From Intoshia linei (Eukaryota; Animalia; Orthonectida), in NCBI GenBank assembly GCA_001642005.1, contig LWCA01000015.1, forward strand, positions 23,165-87,164: 64,000 bases of DNA, read 5' to 3'. This document shows, one piece after another, positions 24,271 through 38,111 of the stretch; the stretch's first letter is position 1; each line of letters opens with the position of its first letter. The notes beneath the pieces were generated by a model. That model had not been told where the DNA came from. It saw only the letters and a list, made by a program, of their open reading frames with translations, and ran no database searches. Both the position numbers and the translations under genes were made by a program.

Positions 24271-26758
24271 TAATCTTTGACATTTAAACTTTGGTCGGTA
24301 TTTATTACACATTATACGTTTTTATCAATAAATTATATTTTTATATGCTTCCAATGTTAGCATTTTAAAATTGAAATATTTTGTTTCAGTTTTAAAAATC
24401 AGCATTGTCTCGTAAGTGTTAAAAAGCCTTTATTACGTATTTTGTTGAAATGATATAATTTTGATGATTCCACCCTAAAGTTCGACATTAAATAATTTAA
24501 ATTAAAATTAAATTTTACGTCAAATGATGCTGATTATAATCAATCCGATNATGTTATAATATATTTTTTTCATATATTCCGCTACATTTTGTTCAATAGT
24601 ATTCAATTCTGTTAATAATTTCGTAAATTGTAACGCAAAGATTTTCCCTTTGCAATCATATATAATAATCCATATATGTATTTTATTTAACATTTCTATT
24701 GACCTTCAAATATGCCAATTTTAGGCACCTTTTCGAACTTTAGGCGTATTTTAAAAAAAATCTGGACGTGATGCAGAAACACTGATTATACCATCTTGTT
24801 CAGAATAAAAATCTCTTCCAGGTGCACTAAATTTTATTCTTGCACCTCAAAAAAGTTGTTATTTTGTTGCAATGTAATACTGTATGCTTTGTTTGTGTGT
24901 GTGTTATCGTTTATTTTAATAACTATCAGTCTTAGAATTTTATAAAATCCCCATTTCCATTACAGTTTTTTCCGGGTATTAGTAAAAAAATTCTGAACCT
25001 CCCAAACTCACATCTTATGGGTCAAAAAGTCCAATTGTACTTTTTTTAAAAATCAAAAGAGTTCGAGAATTTAAAAAAATCTATACTTTCATATCGATTT
25101 TAAAATCATAAATTTAAATTTAAAAAAAATCTATCTTCAGGACCAAAACCACAAATTACCTTTTTTTTTAATGAAAACAGCTTTAGAATTTAAAAAAATT
25201 TACAGGTGGTACAGATGTAACCTGTTAACATATACAAACAATTTCAATCTGAATAAGTGACGCGGTCAAAAAAACATTTTAGTATTCATATATTTTTTTT
25301 CCTAAATATTTTATTAAAACCAAAAATGTGTAATAATTAACTGTGCGAAAAGTATAAAAAAGAAAAGATTAGTCTGTTAGAGCTTATTCCAGCTGATATA
25401 AATAAAAAATTTGAAACCCAGAAATCTACGCATTCCCGGTTAAAAATAATTTTTAATATATTATTAACCAATATTTTTCAAATATTTGGATTAAAATAAA
25501 AATTCAAAATTTAAATATTGATCCTACAAATTCAAAAAAAAGTGTGCATTGAACGTCTACACATGTTCAATAAAGAAATATGGGTAAAAATCTATATTAT
25601 TTATTCGTTAGGAATTTTTTTAATTGCTACGCAATTTATAAAACTTAAATATCATTTTCAAAACATTTTGTTTAAAATTTAAATTAAAACTACAACAACG
25701 GATTACTAAAAGTAATACAACTTTGTTATTATCATTTTTATATTTATTAGGTAATCTACAAAAAAGGCACACATTTATAATTAGTAATTATATTTTATTA
25801 ATTACGTACTTATGAAATACTTATTAATGATATCATCAAAATATCACACTTGAGACTTGAGACTGTTAATGTTTATTTGTCAATTATAATTATAATAAAT
25901 GTACATTTAAATTAAAATAGTATTTTTTAAAAATAAAATTTCACTTGTTAATTAACATTTAGATATGGATATATACTTCAGCTAATCGGCATTTGGTAAA
26001 TGTTGGTTTATGGTGGTCCACAAAAAATTAAGAATAAAATATGGTCCACAGCGAAAAACTGGGATTTTTAAATATACGGTAACGCAGATTCACTTTTATA
26101 AAATAAATGATGTGCGACGTAGATTGTAAGAGTTCTCTGATTTTGTATTGTATTTTTTATAATTCTAGGATTGATTAATTTATTTTTAATATTAAAAAAA
26201 GTATAATTGAGGTTATTGACCTTGAAGGACTTAATTTCTGAAAATGAAATTTGCGATAAAACATCCCGCTCGATAAAACTGTACTAGAAAGATGGAACTT
26301 TTAAAACTCGACCCTCTTACTTTCTTAAATAAACTGAACAAACAAATAATTAAACAGACATACATTTTTAACTAAATTACTTTATGTAAGTAAGGATTTA
26401 CCGTTATAAATTTTAAAAACAATTTACGGATAAAAACATTTTTACCGGTAATTTACTGGTAAATTTTTGTCGATTGCTAACACTAGTTTCACTTTTATAA
26501 GATGAAAAAGTATTATTAGCCTATACATTTGTAAGTGTATATTTATTTGGTGAAGGGGTGCGTGAGAAAATATTGTAACTTTGTAGTTCGCCATTTATTT
26601 GAGGAAGCCCTTTTTAAATACACAAGTGCAATTTTTAAGTACACAATAGTTTCAACTTGAAATATGAAACTTTCAAGGAACATTCATTGAATGTAAATGT
26701 AAATATCGATGGAAACATATATTAAACTATTTGCTTTACACGGTAACTATTTAAATTG

Positions 26759-28753
26759 ATGAACGAAATAAATTCTGTGGTATCAAAAGATGGGTTTGAC
26801 CCCACGGAATTCGTGACAAAGTTGGCTATATCTGGAGTGAGCAGTGTGCAAGGTTTTCTAGATTTACTAAAAGAAAATTCGGAAAAAAACAAGCTACATT
26901 TAAAAAAAAATATTTACCAAAACTTTGATTTGTTTATAGACGGAGTAAAAGATGTATCTGAAATGGAATCAATTCTATATAATTTGAGTCATAAACTATA
27001 CGATCAAAAGAAATTGTTGGATGACATATCTAGTCTACTTTTTGAGAAAAAACCTTTAAAAAAAGAGACTATAAAAAAGGAGAGGTTACCATTAATCGTT
27101 GATCAAATCTGTAATTTACCAAAAAAGAGTATATTTGATTACAACAAAATTGAATCTGAAGCAGATTTTGTAGAATTGAAAAATATAAATTTTATTCCAA
27201 TTCGTAAAATACACGCAATTTTATTGATCGATTGTATTGTCATTTTAACGCGAAATACAACTTCCAAAAACAAAAAAATGTACTGCTTTGAAGAATGCCT
27301 AGAACTTCAATCCCTAACAGTTTTCAATGTCACAGATTCAAATGTCACGAATAACACAATTAGAATTATTAAAAATGAAGACAATAAAATTTATCAATGT
27401 CCAAATTCAGATGTTAAATCCTTGTGGATAAACAAGATTAATACTTTACGAAAAAATCTTTTGAAAAAGTCGAATGTGAACCTAAATTTTAATCATCCCA
27501 ATTCTAATCAACCCGAAGAGCTAATTCAAAATGAAAAAAATGACGTCTATTTTAGTGACATTGACGGTAACAATTTCCAAACAATTGTTAACTTTTTACA
27601 AAATATTGATGTTATCATTGCTCACAAAAAATATAAAGAGGCTGTCGACATTGTACTCTCTGTAACTGATATCTTGCAGAAATCAAATAAAATTCCACTT
27701 ATGGTTGAACATGAAAATAAAATTGAACTTGTAAAAAACCAAATTATCAAACAATTATCGGCTGAAGCATTTTTTAGCCCGGAAAGGTGGTCTAGAGCCG
27801 GCACCGAAAAAGATTCTATTCAGGCTATTATTTTGCTGTGCCGTCTCAAACGTTCTTCTCTTGCCGCATCTTTATTTTTACGCGCTCGTTCCACTCAAAT
27901 TGATTACAATCTCAACATTATAAAAATTGAAATTAGTTTTAAAGTTCACGTTGAAAATCTCGTTAAAATGTTTTGCAGCAATATGGAGCTTTATTTTCAT
28001 GATTATATGAATCTCTTCAAAAAAGACTATCCTTGTCTCGTCTCAGATTTCATTGTTTGGACTCAAGAACAGTTAATGTACTTTGTGTATAGATTCAGTA
28101 ATTATGTCTTGACAATTAAATCGCCCTACCCTTTGGAAGTTATTGTTTCACTTGTTGTCAACTTGCGAAATCGAGTTGAGAATTTCCAAATCTTTGGATT
28201 AAACGTTATTCACATTTTCGATGAAATTATGGCACAACCGTTATCAAATTTCATCAATTGTACAAACAGGGTTAACCTTGAGAAATTTAACGTTTTATCA
28301 TCAAAAATTAAACGTAATTGTTTCAAATCCGAAAAAAATAAAATCAGATTCGAAAACATTCTCAACAAATTTGGCATCAAACTTAAAACAGATTATTTTT
28401 TAACACATAAGGATGTTTTCAGTACGTACCTTACAGAATACATTATATCCCTACTCAAAATTTATATTGACATGGTTAACCTTTCAATTAAAACTTATAA
28501 TCTTTCTATTCATTCCCACCTCAAACATAATTTAAATCTCATTTACAACCGGTTTGTGTCTTATTTAAGACGTTTATTCAGAGAATACGAGAAATCTAAT
28601 CAGGAAGTCCAGAAAATTATCAAAATTAATTGCACCTTTTTCATTTCTCAACTTCAACCTGCTGTTAATCGTATTCTATTATACAATATTAATTATTCTT
28701 TGATTGACGAAACCAATTTGGATAATATTAAAGATTTCTTTGAAATTAAATAA
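26759..28753 (+). CDS. EXOC8: Exocyst complex component 8 (Exo84), intronless
   Basis: N-terminal Vps51/Exo84-type FDPTEFV...LKKNIYQNFDLFIDGVKDVSEMES, a PH-like domain (HAILLIDCIVIL...KSLWINKI), NIDVIIAHKKYKEAV, LAASLFLRARS. ATG at 26759. Confidence 0.88.
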   Translation: MNEINSVVSKDGFDPTEFVTKLAISGVSSVQGFLDLLKENSEKNKLHLKKNIYQNFDLFIDGVKDVSEMESILYNLSHKLYDQKKLLDDISSLLFEKKPLKKETIKKERLPLIVDQICNLPKKSIFDYNKIESEADFVELKNINFIPIRKIHAILLIDCIVILTRNTTSKNKKMYCFEECLELQSLTVFNVTDSNVTNNTIRIIKNEDNKIYQCPNSDVKSLWINKINTLRKNLLKKSNVNLNFNHPNSNQPEELIQNEKNDVYFSDIDGNNFQTIVNFLQNIDVIIAHKKYKEAVDIVLSVTDILQKSNKIPLMVEHENKIELVKNQIIKQLSAEAFFSPERWSRAGTEKDSIQAIILLCRLKRSSLAASLFLRARSTQIDYNLNIIKIEISFKVHVENLVKMFCSNMELYFHDYMNLFKKDYPCLVSDFIVWTQEQLMYFVYRFSNYVLTIKSPYPLEVIVSLVVNLRNRVENFQIFGLNVIHIFDEIMAQPLSNFINCTNRVNLEKFNVLSSKIKRNCFKSEKNKIRFENILNKFGIKLKTDYFLTHKDVFSTYLTEYIISLLKIYIDMVNLSIKTYNLSIHSHLKHNLNLIYNRFVSYLRRLFREYEKSNQEVQKIIKINCTFFISQLQPAVNRILLYNINYSLIDETNLDNIKDFFEIK

Positions 28754-28806
28754 CAGCAAATATAATTTTATTTTAATTTTACATTATTTACAAATTTTCT
28801 CCAAAT

Positions 28807-31800
28807 TCAGATTCGTCCTGTTACTTCACTTTTAGCCATTCTAATGTAGTAAAGAGTTATCCACCCAAGAAAGATGAATCCACTTAGCAAAACTAAAATA
28901 AATGTTCAAATTTTCTTGTAAAAGTGTTTCATATGGGCATCTGCAGATCTGAACATACCATTCTCGAGGCAGCTAAAATAAAATATGCCCTTGAAAAATT
29001 TTCGAAATTGAAAATACCAGATATCCTAATCACCTCTAAGGCTTACAGTTTATATTTAACACATACAATAGTGAAGTTACTGAAAAATATAAATATTTTT
29101 TAAATTTTAAATTTGCAAATTGAGGCCCGAGGAGGGGATAGGGCGTGGTTCTCAATTTTTTTTGGCCGTAAAATGAAAAAAGTCGTAGCATAAATTCTGG
29201 GATAATTTTTAAAATTATAAGCATTATCATAAATGGAAATATAAAAAAAGTTCATTTTCACGGTTAAAACCACAGAATACTTTTTTTAACATTGAAACCA
29301 GGCCTAAAATTTAAAAAAAATTACAGCTGATACAGTTATATCCAGTGAAAACACAAAAAATTTCAATATGACAAAGTGACGCCTTCACCATCAAAAAAGC
29401 ACTTTAATATTCATTTTTTTAAAAAAATTAAAAAAGTTCGCCCTCGACAGAGCTAGGATGCTAATATAAGCTCTACTCTATCCGTTAATGTTGTTAAATT
29501 AAACCTATCCATAATATTATCAAAAAAAAATGTGTTTTAATGATTAATCCAGTGGTAATCTAAATTAATATTATGATTATAACAAAAAACTAACTAGAAA
29601 TGCAATTAGAGCAGCACTGTAAATTAGCAAAACAATTGTGTAAGCACGTCTTTTTTTTGAAAGAAAAATTTCGTTGACAGATGATCTAAATATTTGTCTG
29701 ATTTCACCTAGTAGAATAAACAATATCATGGTTTTTGACCATTAATTGGAGGCGTTAGTAGACGAGGTTTACAATTCTGACTTGTTTCTGTATGTTAACT
29801 GGGAAATGCTGCATTAGCTCTGATTTATTTAAAATCCTAGGACTTTATTGTTCAAAATAATGTGTCATTTGAAGTTTTGAACGAAAGACGTAATTTTCAA
29901 ATACTTAATAAAATTTATGAGACTGAATTGGCCCTGAAAACTGTATTAAAATGAGTGTTTATAAAATTCAGGGACTTAAGGCTTTATTTAATTCAGTTAA
30001 AAAAAAAAAAAGTGTAATTTGTCTTACAGGTCTGACAGTAAAAACGCAAATTTCAGAGATTTTTAGTTACTTTGTACGCCGGAAAAAACTTAGGGTTAGA
30101 ATTTGTGTTTTTTAAATTTCTGGACTTTCAGCTTTCTAAATATATTCTTACACAGACAGATACACAGTTTTAGTAACTTTTATTTTATGTACAATTTAAA
30201 AATAATAAAGAAAAAATATTATAATTACAATTTTTTGCAATGGGGACACTTGGCTAAAGATTCTTGATTTGAGTCAAACTAAAAAATAAAATTTATATTA
30301 CAATACATAAGGCTACAGTCCTAGCCAAAGAAAATTTAAACATTCTTAAAAATGAAGGAATCACCATAAAAAGATTCTAAATTATCACGACGTAGTGCGT
30401 CAATTTGTAAAATTTTATTTGTAAATGGTCGCTTTTGTAAAAGATTTTGTTATAATTATTTTAACCAAACTTTTAAAGAGTTTTTAAGATTTTTTTTAAC
30501 ATAACTTTTAAGAGAGTTTTAAGATTCTTTTTTTAACCAATTTTTAAAACTTCTTTTTTTAATGAAAACAGCCCTAGAATTTCGAAAAAATTACAGATGG
30601 TACAGTTGTATCCTGTTAACCCACACCAAAATTTGTAATCCGAATAAGTGACGATTTCACGGTCAAAAAAGCATTTTAGTATTCATATTTTTTTTCCTAA
30701 ATATTTTATTAAAACAAAAAATGTGAAATAATTAATATTCCGAAAATTAAAAAAAAAAATTATTCTGATAGAGCTTATTCCAGTTGATACAAATACGAAA
30801 GTTAAACCCAAGAAATCTACGTATTCCCGATGAAAAATAATTTTTAATATATTATCAACCAATATTTTTCAAATATTTCGAGTCTAGGTCCTGTTTGTAC
30901 GTAGTACATAACAGTCAACCTAGTTCTTTATATGACTCGCCATTTTTGGTATTCTTGGGATCTCGCCGCGAGATAGAAAATTTAAAACTATAGCAACAGC
31001 AGATAAAACCTTTAAAATTTAAATTGCAATAAAATGTAAATTGTAATACAAATTGTAAAATTTAACATTAAAATCTATTTTATCTAAAAATCCATTTTTA
31101 CAACTGAAATTAATTAATTATTTTTTAATTAATAAATATATTTTAATTAAAAAATGAATTTTCTAAATAGTAAATCAGCAATTAGAATAAAATATAAAGA
31201 CAATTTTCTGTAAGCGTCTGAAATCTTATTAAATCTTTAAGTTTTCTTTTTCGATTTAGAAGCATTTTAAATTTCAACGTGATTTAAAACGTAACTAATT
31301 TTGATAAATGGTTTTAAAACTTTTAGTTTTATATTTTAAATTAATGGCTGGATATAAAATAAAATCTTGACTTTACAAATTGACGTATACTCATCATGAA
31401 ATTAAAAAAATTGTGGTTTAAAGCAGGCATTCTCAACCCTTTTTCGCTGTAGACCCCCAAAAAAATTAATAATAATGAAAATTTTTAATTAATCATTACA
31501 TTTGAGTGAAACGAATGGTGGTCAAAAGACATGGAGTACTCTATTTTTGCAAGGTGATAAACTTGATGAACTATTAATATTAACCTTTAACCCGTCAATG
31601 TTCCCAAAATGGAACATGTTTTTCAGCTATTGTTTACGGTACATTATTAATTGTTTACTACATATTTTATCAGATCAATAAAAAGTCTATATTATCTGTC
31701 TTCCCTGTGAAGAATTAATATTTTATATCCCTTGGTTGATGTTTCATAGAATCATGAATATTGACTGATTTTTTGTCCCATTTTCAATTTGAAATTTAAA

Positions 31801-32767
31801 GTTTTTTTTATGACTAGAAACTTACTCGGTCATAAATTTTAATAAAATAATTAAATAAAACCGCTGCTTCTAAAATAGAACAGTGGAGGTTTCCCAATAA
31901 GTTTTTATACTTGTAAGTAATTTAATTTAATACCAAAGAATTTACTTTTACATGTGATGATGAAATGTCATGATTTTTACGTTTTATATTAGTATTTCTA
32001 AGCCTCTATGTTTTAAAAACGACTTTATGTTACTGAAAATGTCTATAATATGTAATAAATGTATATAATTTTCATAGACCCCGTTGAGAATGGCTGGTTT
32101 AAAGGATATGTTGAATATTATAAAAATCGTACCAAGAAAACATCATGACAGTAAAAGCAGCAAACTCTAAAATATTCGCCATCTTCTCTGGGTGATCCGT
32201 GCGGTATATTTACGACAAGCCCACTAAAAATATATTAAAGCATCATGTATATTTTTTATAATTTAAAAAAATGACATAATTTCATAAAGGACCAAAAAAA
32301 CTTAATTGTATACAATGTATATAACTGAATCAGCTTATATAATTGATATATTTAATTGATAATTATATAAACATAAAATACCATCCTTCACGAGGACAAA
32401 CTATGCAACGTGAAGTAGTTTTACACACAAGTAGACATTTACAAAAACATCTAATGTAGCATTTTCCAACAGGCGCTGATCTAATTGCCTTAAAAAGGTA
32501 AAATTATAGAATGTATAATTACTGTGCATTCTTTACAGTTATCACAATTAACGACATAATAATAAGGTCTATCAACCAAACTTATATAAGATTGACACAC
32601 TTCGCATTGGATGAGAGGTGTCCCCAAAGCGGCAGTGTTTAACAAAGGCGTTGTCTCATTTGCATCGATTTGTATACTTTTGTGAGACTCTGCAGAATGA
32701 CATGATTAAAAAATCAAAAATGGTACAAATGCTTTAAAAATAATGATATACCTTCATTTGCAATCAT
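28807..32767 (-). CDS. TMEM55/PIP4P family lysosomal protein, multi-exon
   Basis: [70 protein letters not shown]...RR, then two TM segments ending [11 protein letters not shown]. Confidence 0.88.
31424..32096. mobile_element. hAT-family MITE in a TMEM55 intron
   Basis: TIRs CAGGCATTCTCAAC / GTTGAGAATGGCTG with an exact 8-bp TSD GTTTAAAG on both sides. An inverted sister copy is at 36821-37409. Confidence 0.9.
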
Positions 32768-33494
32768 AATTATTTCGGTTAAATTTTACTGAAGTGATGA
32801 ATATTAATGTTTACATAATAAAGTTTAATTTTATTTTCAAATGTTGAATTAGCGCTTAATTATCTTTGACGGATTAATATTTTTCATTTATTGAAGATTT
32901 ATTTCTGTTTTACAATATAATTTAATCATTCAAATTTCAATTTGACCAATACTATTGGTAATATTTATTATTACATTTTATTGATAAATTCAAATTATTA
33001 TTTACAAAATTATGTTAACTTTAATCTATGAATCCTTAATTTTAACGTTATGAAGGTCGACTGATAAGATAGTAATCATTTTTTCATTATGAAGCCATTA
33101 ATTAATCTTACTAATCCCGTTTATTTTTATTTATGAAATTTATAAATGAATACATGTAATCTAAAATGAGAAATTAATGTTATGATGGGGCCTTCTTTAT
33201 ATCGTGGACCCCTTTGGGAAGCACAGTTTTAGACCCTTTGAATATAAAATTATAAGGAATTTGAATTTGAAGTTTATTTTAAAAAATAATTTATCGTTTT
33301 ATTTTTTTTAAAAATAGATAATCTCATACATGTATAAATAGACTAGGAATCAACCATCCAGTAAATGTCACCACTTAATGCACACATAATATAGTTTTAC
33401 TTGGACATATGCGTTTTGAACTTTAAATAATATCAATTTACCAGCATTAAATACTGTGTATTTTAAAATCTTAATATTATATCAGAAATACTTT

Positions 33495-33905
33495 ATGGAA
33501 ATGGAAGAAATTTTAAATTGTAGTACAATGTGTACTTAAATTAAAATAAATTTTTGAATTGCGTAAATTAATTCTAGAAAAAATTTAAAAAATTAATAAA
33601 TTCATTTATAATTATTTATACAGGTGTTGTATATGTTAACTTGATTTTTTATAGATTTTCCAACTCCGTTTACTATGAAAGAAGAAGACACACATTTGTT
33701 AGTGGATGAAATTGAGATACCACCGAGTTACGCTAGTATGTGGTTTTTTTAGTTATTTTTGTCAGTAGATAATCTTTTTATTTTAGCAAACGAGGTAAGT
33801 AAATCTACATTGTCTCAAGCAACTACCGTCAATTGTAAATTTTGCAATAATTGTCAATTGGTTACATGCATATTTCTCGTTTGTTCTTTGTGTAACTTTT
33901 TTCTT
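33495..33905 (+). other. Possible exons of a small PPxY/Cys-rich protein, divergent from TMEM55
   Basis: Exon-like blocks read DFPTPFTMKEEDTHLLVDEIEIPPSYA and EVSKSTLSQATTVNCKFCNNC, with GT/AG boundaries. I could not build a complete gene model. Confidence 0.3.
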
Positions 33906-34499
33906 ATAATTATATCTTTTTCAGTTTAGGGTTATGAAATCCCATAGCAGGTTGTCAACATTTTATATTGTTTAAACTACCTATATTAGTGGCCTGTTAA
34001 GGACCGAATTAGCCTCCATAAATTTTTATTAGATTATAACCTTTTTCATACATATTCGCCACAATTTTCCACTATATTACATTGTCATTTTAAAAATGTA
34101 TGAAATTGTTAATGTACGGCAGTGCTTTCCAACCATTTGAAGTTTTTTTCACCAATTTTTTGTCTCATAATTGGTTGAAAAAAACTATCCTAAAAACCCT
34201 ATCAAATTTTTGACCCACAAAAATTAATTTGATGAATTAGTTAACTCGATGATTATGTCGCTCTACGAAAAAATATATCCCGCCGTAGATGAATAATTTA
34301 ATATTTTGGAAAAATTTGACACTTTAAAAAATGGTTGGAATCCAACACTATACTATTAAAATATTTTTAGTAATTGCATATATTGTCTATTTGGCCTACA
34401 AATGGCTTCAAGGCTAAATTCCACCTTACACCGGATTTTTTGTTCATATATTAAATAAATTTTGTTATAAAAATTTCCAGTTTATTTACAATTTAAATT

Positions 34500-34672
34500 T
34501 TATATTCTTAAATTTTTCCAATTAATGGTAGGTTTCCTGTTGACGTATTCTATGCATTCTATTATATCATTTGTTTTGACTTCAATATCACCATGCAAAA
34601 TGATACCACATTCATTTCCAGAATTAACTTGTTTTACCTCGTCTTTGAAGTGACGCAAACTGACTAGTTTCC
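34500..34672 (-). CDS. MTIF2: Terminal exon of mitochondrial translation initiation factor IF-2; upstream exons absent
   Basis: GKLVSLRHFKDEVKQVNSGNECGIIL...NDIIECIEY is the IF2 domain IV C-terminal motif. An AG acceptor sits at 34673-34674, just before the gap at 35135. Confidence 0.8.
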
Positions 34673-36820
34673 CTAAAAATTCAATGAATTATTATTTTTT
34701 TCAATTTGAAGTTTTCAGGTTATTTCAGAATTTCAACGATTAAATTACACTTTTTGCACCGGTCATGATTACAACATTTCTTACGATAAGGGGAGTTTAT
34801 TAATCGGGGGAACTGAAAATTTTATTTTTTAACAATCCTTACTTATATAATATGCTACGCAATATTTGTTTGTGTGTTCCACTTTATTTAAATAACTACC
34901 AGTCTTAGAATTCTATAAAGTCCACATTTCAATTAATTTTTTCCGGGACATATAATAAGATAAATTTTAACCTTCCAAACTCACATCTTACGGGTCAAAA
35001 ACCCCAATTGTCCTTTTTTTTTGAAAATCAAGTTGGAGAATTTAAAAAAATATATATTATTATTTAAATATTTATTAATATTTAATATTATAATATATAT
35101 ATAATATTTATTTTATATTATTAATAATTAATAANTTTTTCATATATTCCGCTACATTTTGTTCAATAGTATTCAATTCTGTTAATAATTTCGTAAGTTG
35201 TAACGCAAAGATTTCTTCTTTCTAATCATATATAATAATCCATGTATGTACTTTATTTAACATTTCTATTGATTTTCAAATATGCCCATTTTAGGCACCT
35301 TTTCGAACTTTGGGCGTATTTTAAAAAAAATCTGGACGTGATGCAGAAACACTGATTATACCATCTTGTTCAGAATACAAATCTCTTTCAGGTGCACTAA
35401 ATTTTATTCTTGCACCTCAAAAAAGTTGTTATTTTGTTGGGCAGTGTAATCTTTGACATTTAAACTTTGGTCGGTATTTATTACACATTATACGTTTTTA
35501 TCAATAAATTATATTTTTATATGCTTCCAATGTTAGCATTTTAAAATTGAAATATTTTGTTTCAGTTTTAAAAATCAGCATTGTCTCGTAAGTGTTAAAA
35601 AGCCTTTATTACGTATTTTGTTGAAATGATATAATTTTGATGATTCCACCCTAAAGTTCGACATTAAATAATTTAAATTAAAATTAAATTTTACGTCAAA
35701 TGATGCTGATTATAATCAATCCGATTTTATTTTTATCATGTTATATTTTGTGTCTAACATTCAATGATATATGTATAATAAAATCTTCAAGATTTGTGGT
35801 CCAAATGTGGTTAGTTTAATTGATTAGTATGGCGAAATTGTAACCTGGGTTATATTTTATGTTGTATAATTATAATTACACATTTTATATATTTTATACT
35901 GTAATTACTATTTACAATTCAAATTGTAAACATTTAACTCGTTTTTTTATGTACATCCTTTACTAATATAACATTGAATGTCTGTATCTGTGTGTTACCG
36001 TTTATTTAAAACATTAACAATCCTAGAATTATAAAACACAATTTTAATACATTTTTCTTATGTTGATATTTCCCATTTTAAAATGTAATAAAATCATTAA
36101 CCTCATCGTAAATCTCAATCTCAGAAATTTATAATTACTACAATGTAGATCAGTGGTTCCCAAAGTTGCCTACAAGAAAAGTTTTAAATAAAATAAATAA
36201 AAGTTAACCTTTTTTCACAATAATATTAAATTAGAATATTATTGATTATTATTAATAGTGAACGTAAACATTATAAATTAAGTTATGATTTACTGATATG
36301 TATATAACGTGAATAATTTTCACGTGCGTTAAATTTAATCTATGCACGATTTAACTTGGTTATATAGTAGTTCCCACAATCGAAGTACATTTTTTTTTAT
36401 TTTTTTATTTGTTAGCTATTTTATTAAAACAAAAATATTCAATAACTAATGGTCCTAGAATTTTTTAAAAAGAAAATTATTCTGATATAGCTTATTCCAG
36501 TTGATATAAGTACAAAATTTCAAAATCAGAAATCCAGGGATTCGCGGTCAAAAATAACTTAATATATAATGAACCAATATTTTTCAAATTTTTGAATTAA
36601 CATTAATTAATTGTAAAATAAAAATTTAAATATTCATCATACAATTTCAAAAAAAGTGGAAACTCACCGTATACGCATTTTAAATACAGAAATATGGTTT
36701 CAATCTACTAAATGAATTCCTTCTGTTTTTTATCTTGCTTACACAATTTCTTATCAGTGAGCAATAGGGTGTCCACTTTTTTTATTAGAATCACCTATTT
36801 TGCATATTTATTCTGTATAG

Positions 36821-37409
36821 CAGCCATTCTCAACGGGGTCCCCAGCACTTTTTTGGGGGTCCATGAAAATTATATACATTTATTACCTATTATAGACATT
36901 TTCAGTAACAAAGTCGTTTTTAAAACATAAAGGCTCAGAAATACTAATATAAAACGTGATTAAAATTTATGACCGAGCCAAGTTTCTAGTCATAAAAAAA
37001 AGCTTTAAATTTCAAATTGAAAATGGGACAAAAAATCAGTCAATATTCATGATTTTATGAAACATGAACCAAGGGATATAAAATATTAATTCTTCACAGG
37101 GAAGATAAATAATATAGACTTTTTATTGATCTGATAAAATATGTAGTAAACAATTAATAATGTACTGTAAACAATACCTGGAAAACATGTTCGATTTTGA
37201 GAACATTGACGGGTTAAAGGTTAATATTAATAGTTCATTAAGTTTATCACCTCGCAAAAATAGAGTACTCCATGTCTTTTGCCAACATTCGTTTCACCCA
37301 AATGTAATGATTCTTTAAAAATTGTCATTATTATTAATTTTTACAGGTCCACAGGTTTTATGTAATATCATCTTAGGCGTCCACAGCGAAAAAGGGTTGA
37401 GAATGCCTG
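36821..37409. mobile_element. hAT-family MITE (inverted sister of 31424-32096)
   Basis: TIRs CAGCCATTCTCAAC / GTTGAGAATGCCTG with an exact 8-bp TSD CTGTATAG. The interior is reverse-complementary to the other copy. Confidence 0.9.
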
Positions 37410-38111
37410 CTGTATAGGGCCTACTGCTGGCTCTCCGGCCTAAAATTCTCCAATTTCCCCATTTTTTTAAAAAAAACTAATGGTCCTAGAATTTTTTAAA
37501 AATCACATCAAATACAGTTATTTCCTTTTAATATACTAATTTAATTCAATCTTACAAAGTTACGTCTTCATGGCCAAAAAACAAATTTACTATTTACTCT
37601 TTTTTGGAATAATTGCATTAAATTTTAATTTAAAATGAAAAATATTAAAAAGTATTTGTCTTAGAATTTAAAATTTTTTCTTTTTTAGTTTTATTCAGTT
37701 ATTTCTGTGAAAAAATTTCAACATCGAAAAATCTACCTATTTCTGCTTAAAATTTACTTAATATATTACCAACTGTTATTTTTCAATTTTTGTAAAATTG
37801 TAAAATTAAAATCAAAAATTTTAATATTTATCCTACAATTTCATGACAATGAGCACTGAACTGGTATATTTGAACTACAGAAACCTGGTTTCATTCTCTT
37901 AAATATATTTATTCGGTTTATATCAGTGGTTTTTTAAACTTTGACTTACTTACGACTCCACGGAGCCCTATTTCCAGCGCCTAACCTACTGTACTACCAG
38001 AACTCTTTGGGGAAACTTTAACGAAATTTTTTTAATATTCATATCCGTAAACACATTTTTAAATGTATTTTTAATTATATTCCAATTTTTATCTTAATTG
38101 TACTCTTTTAG

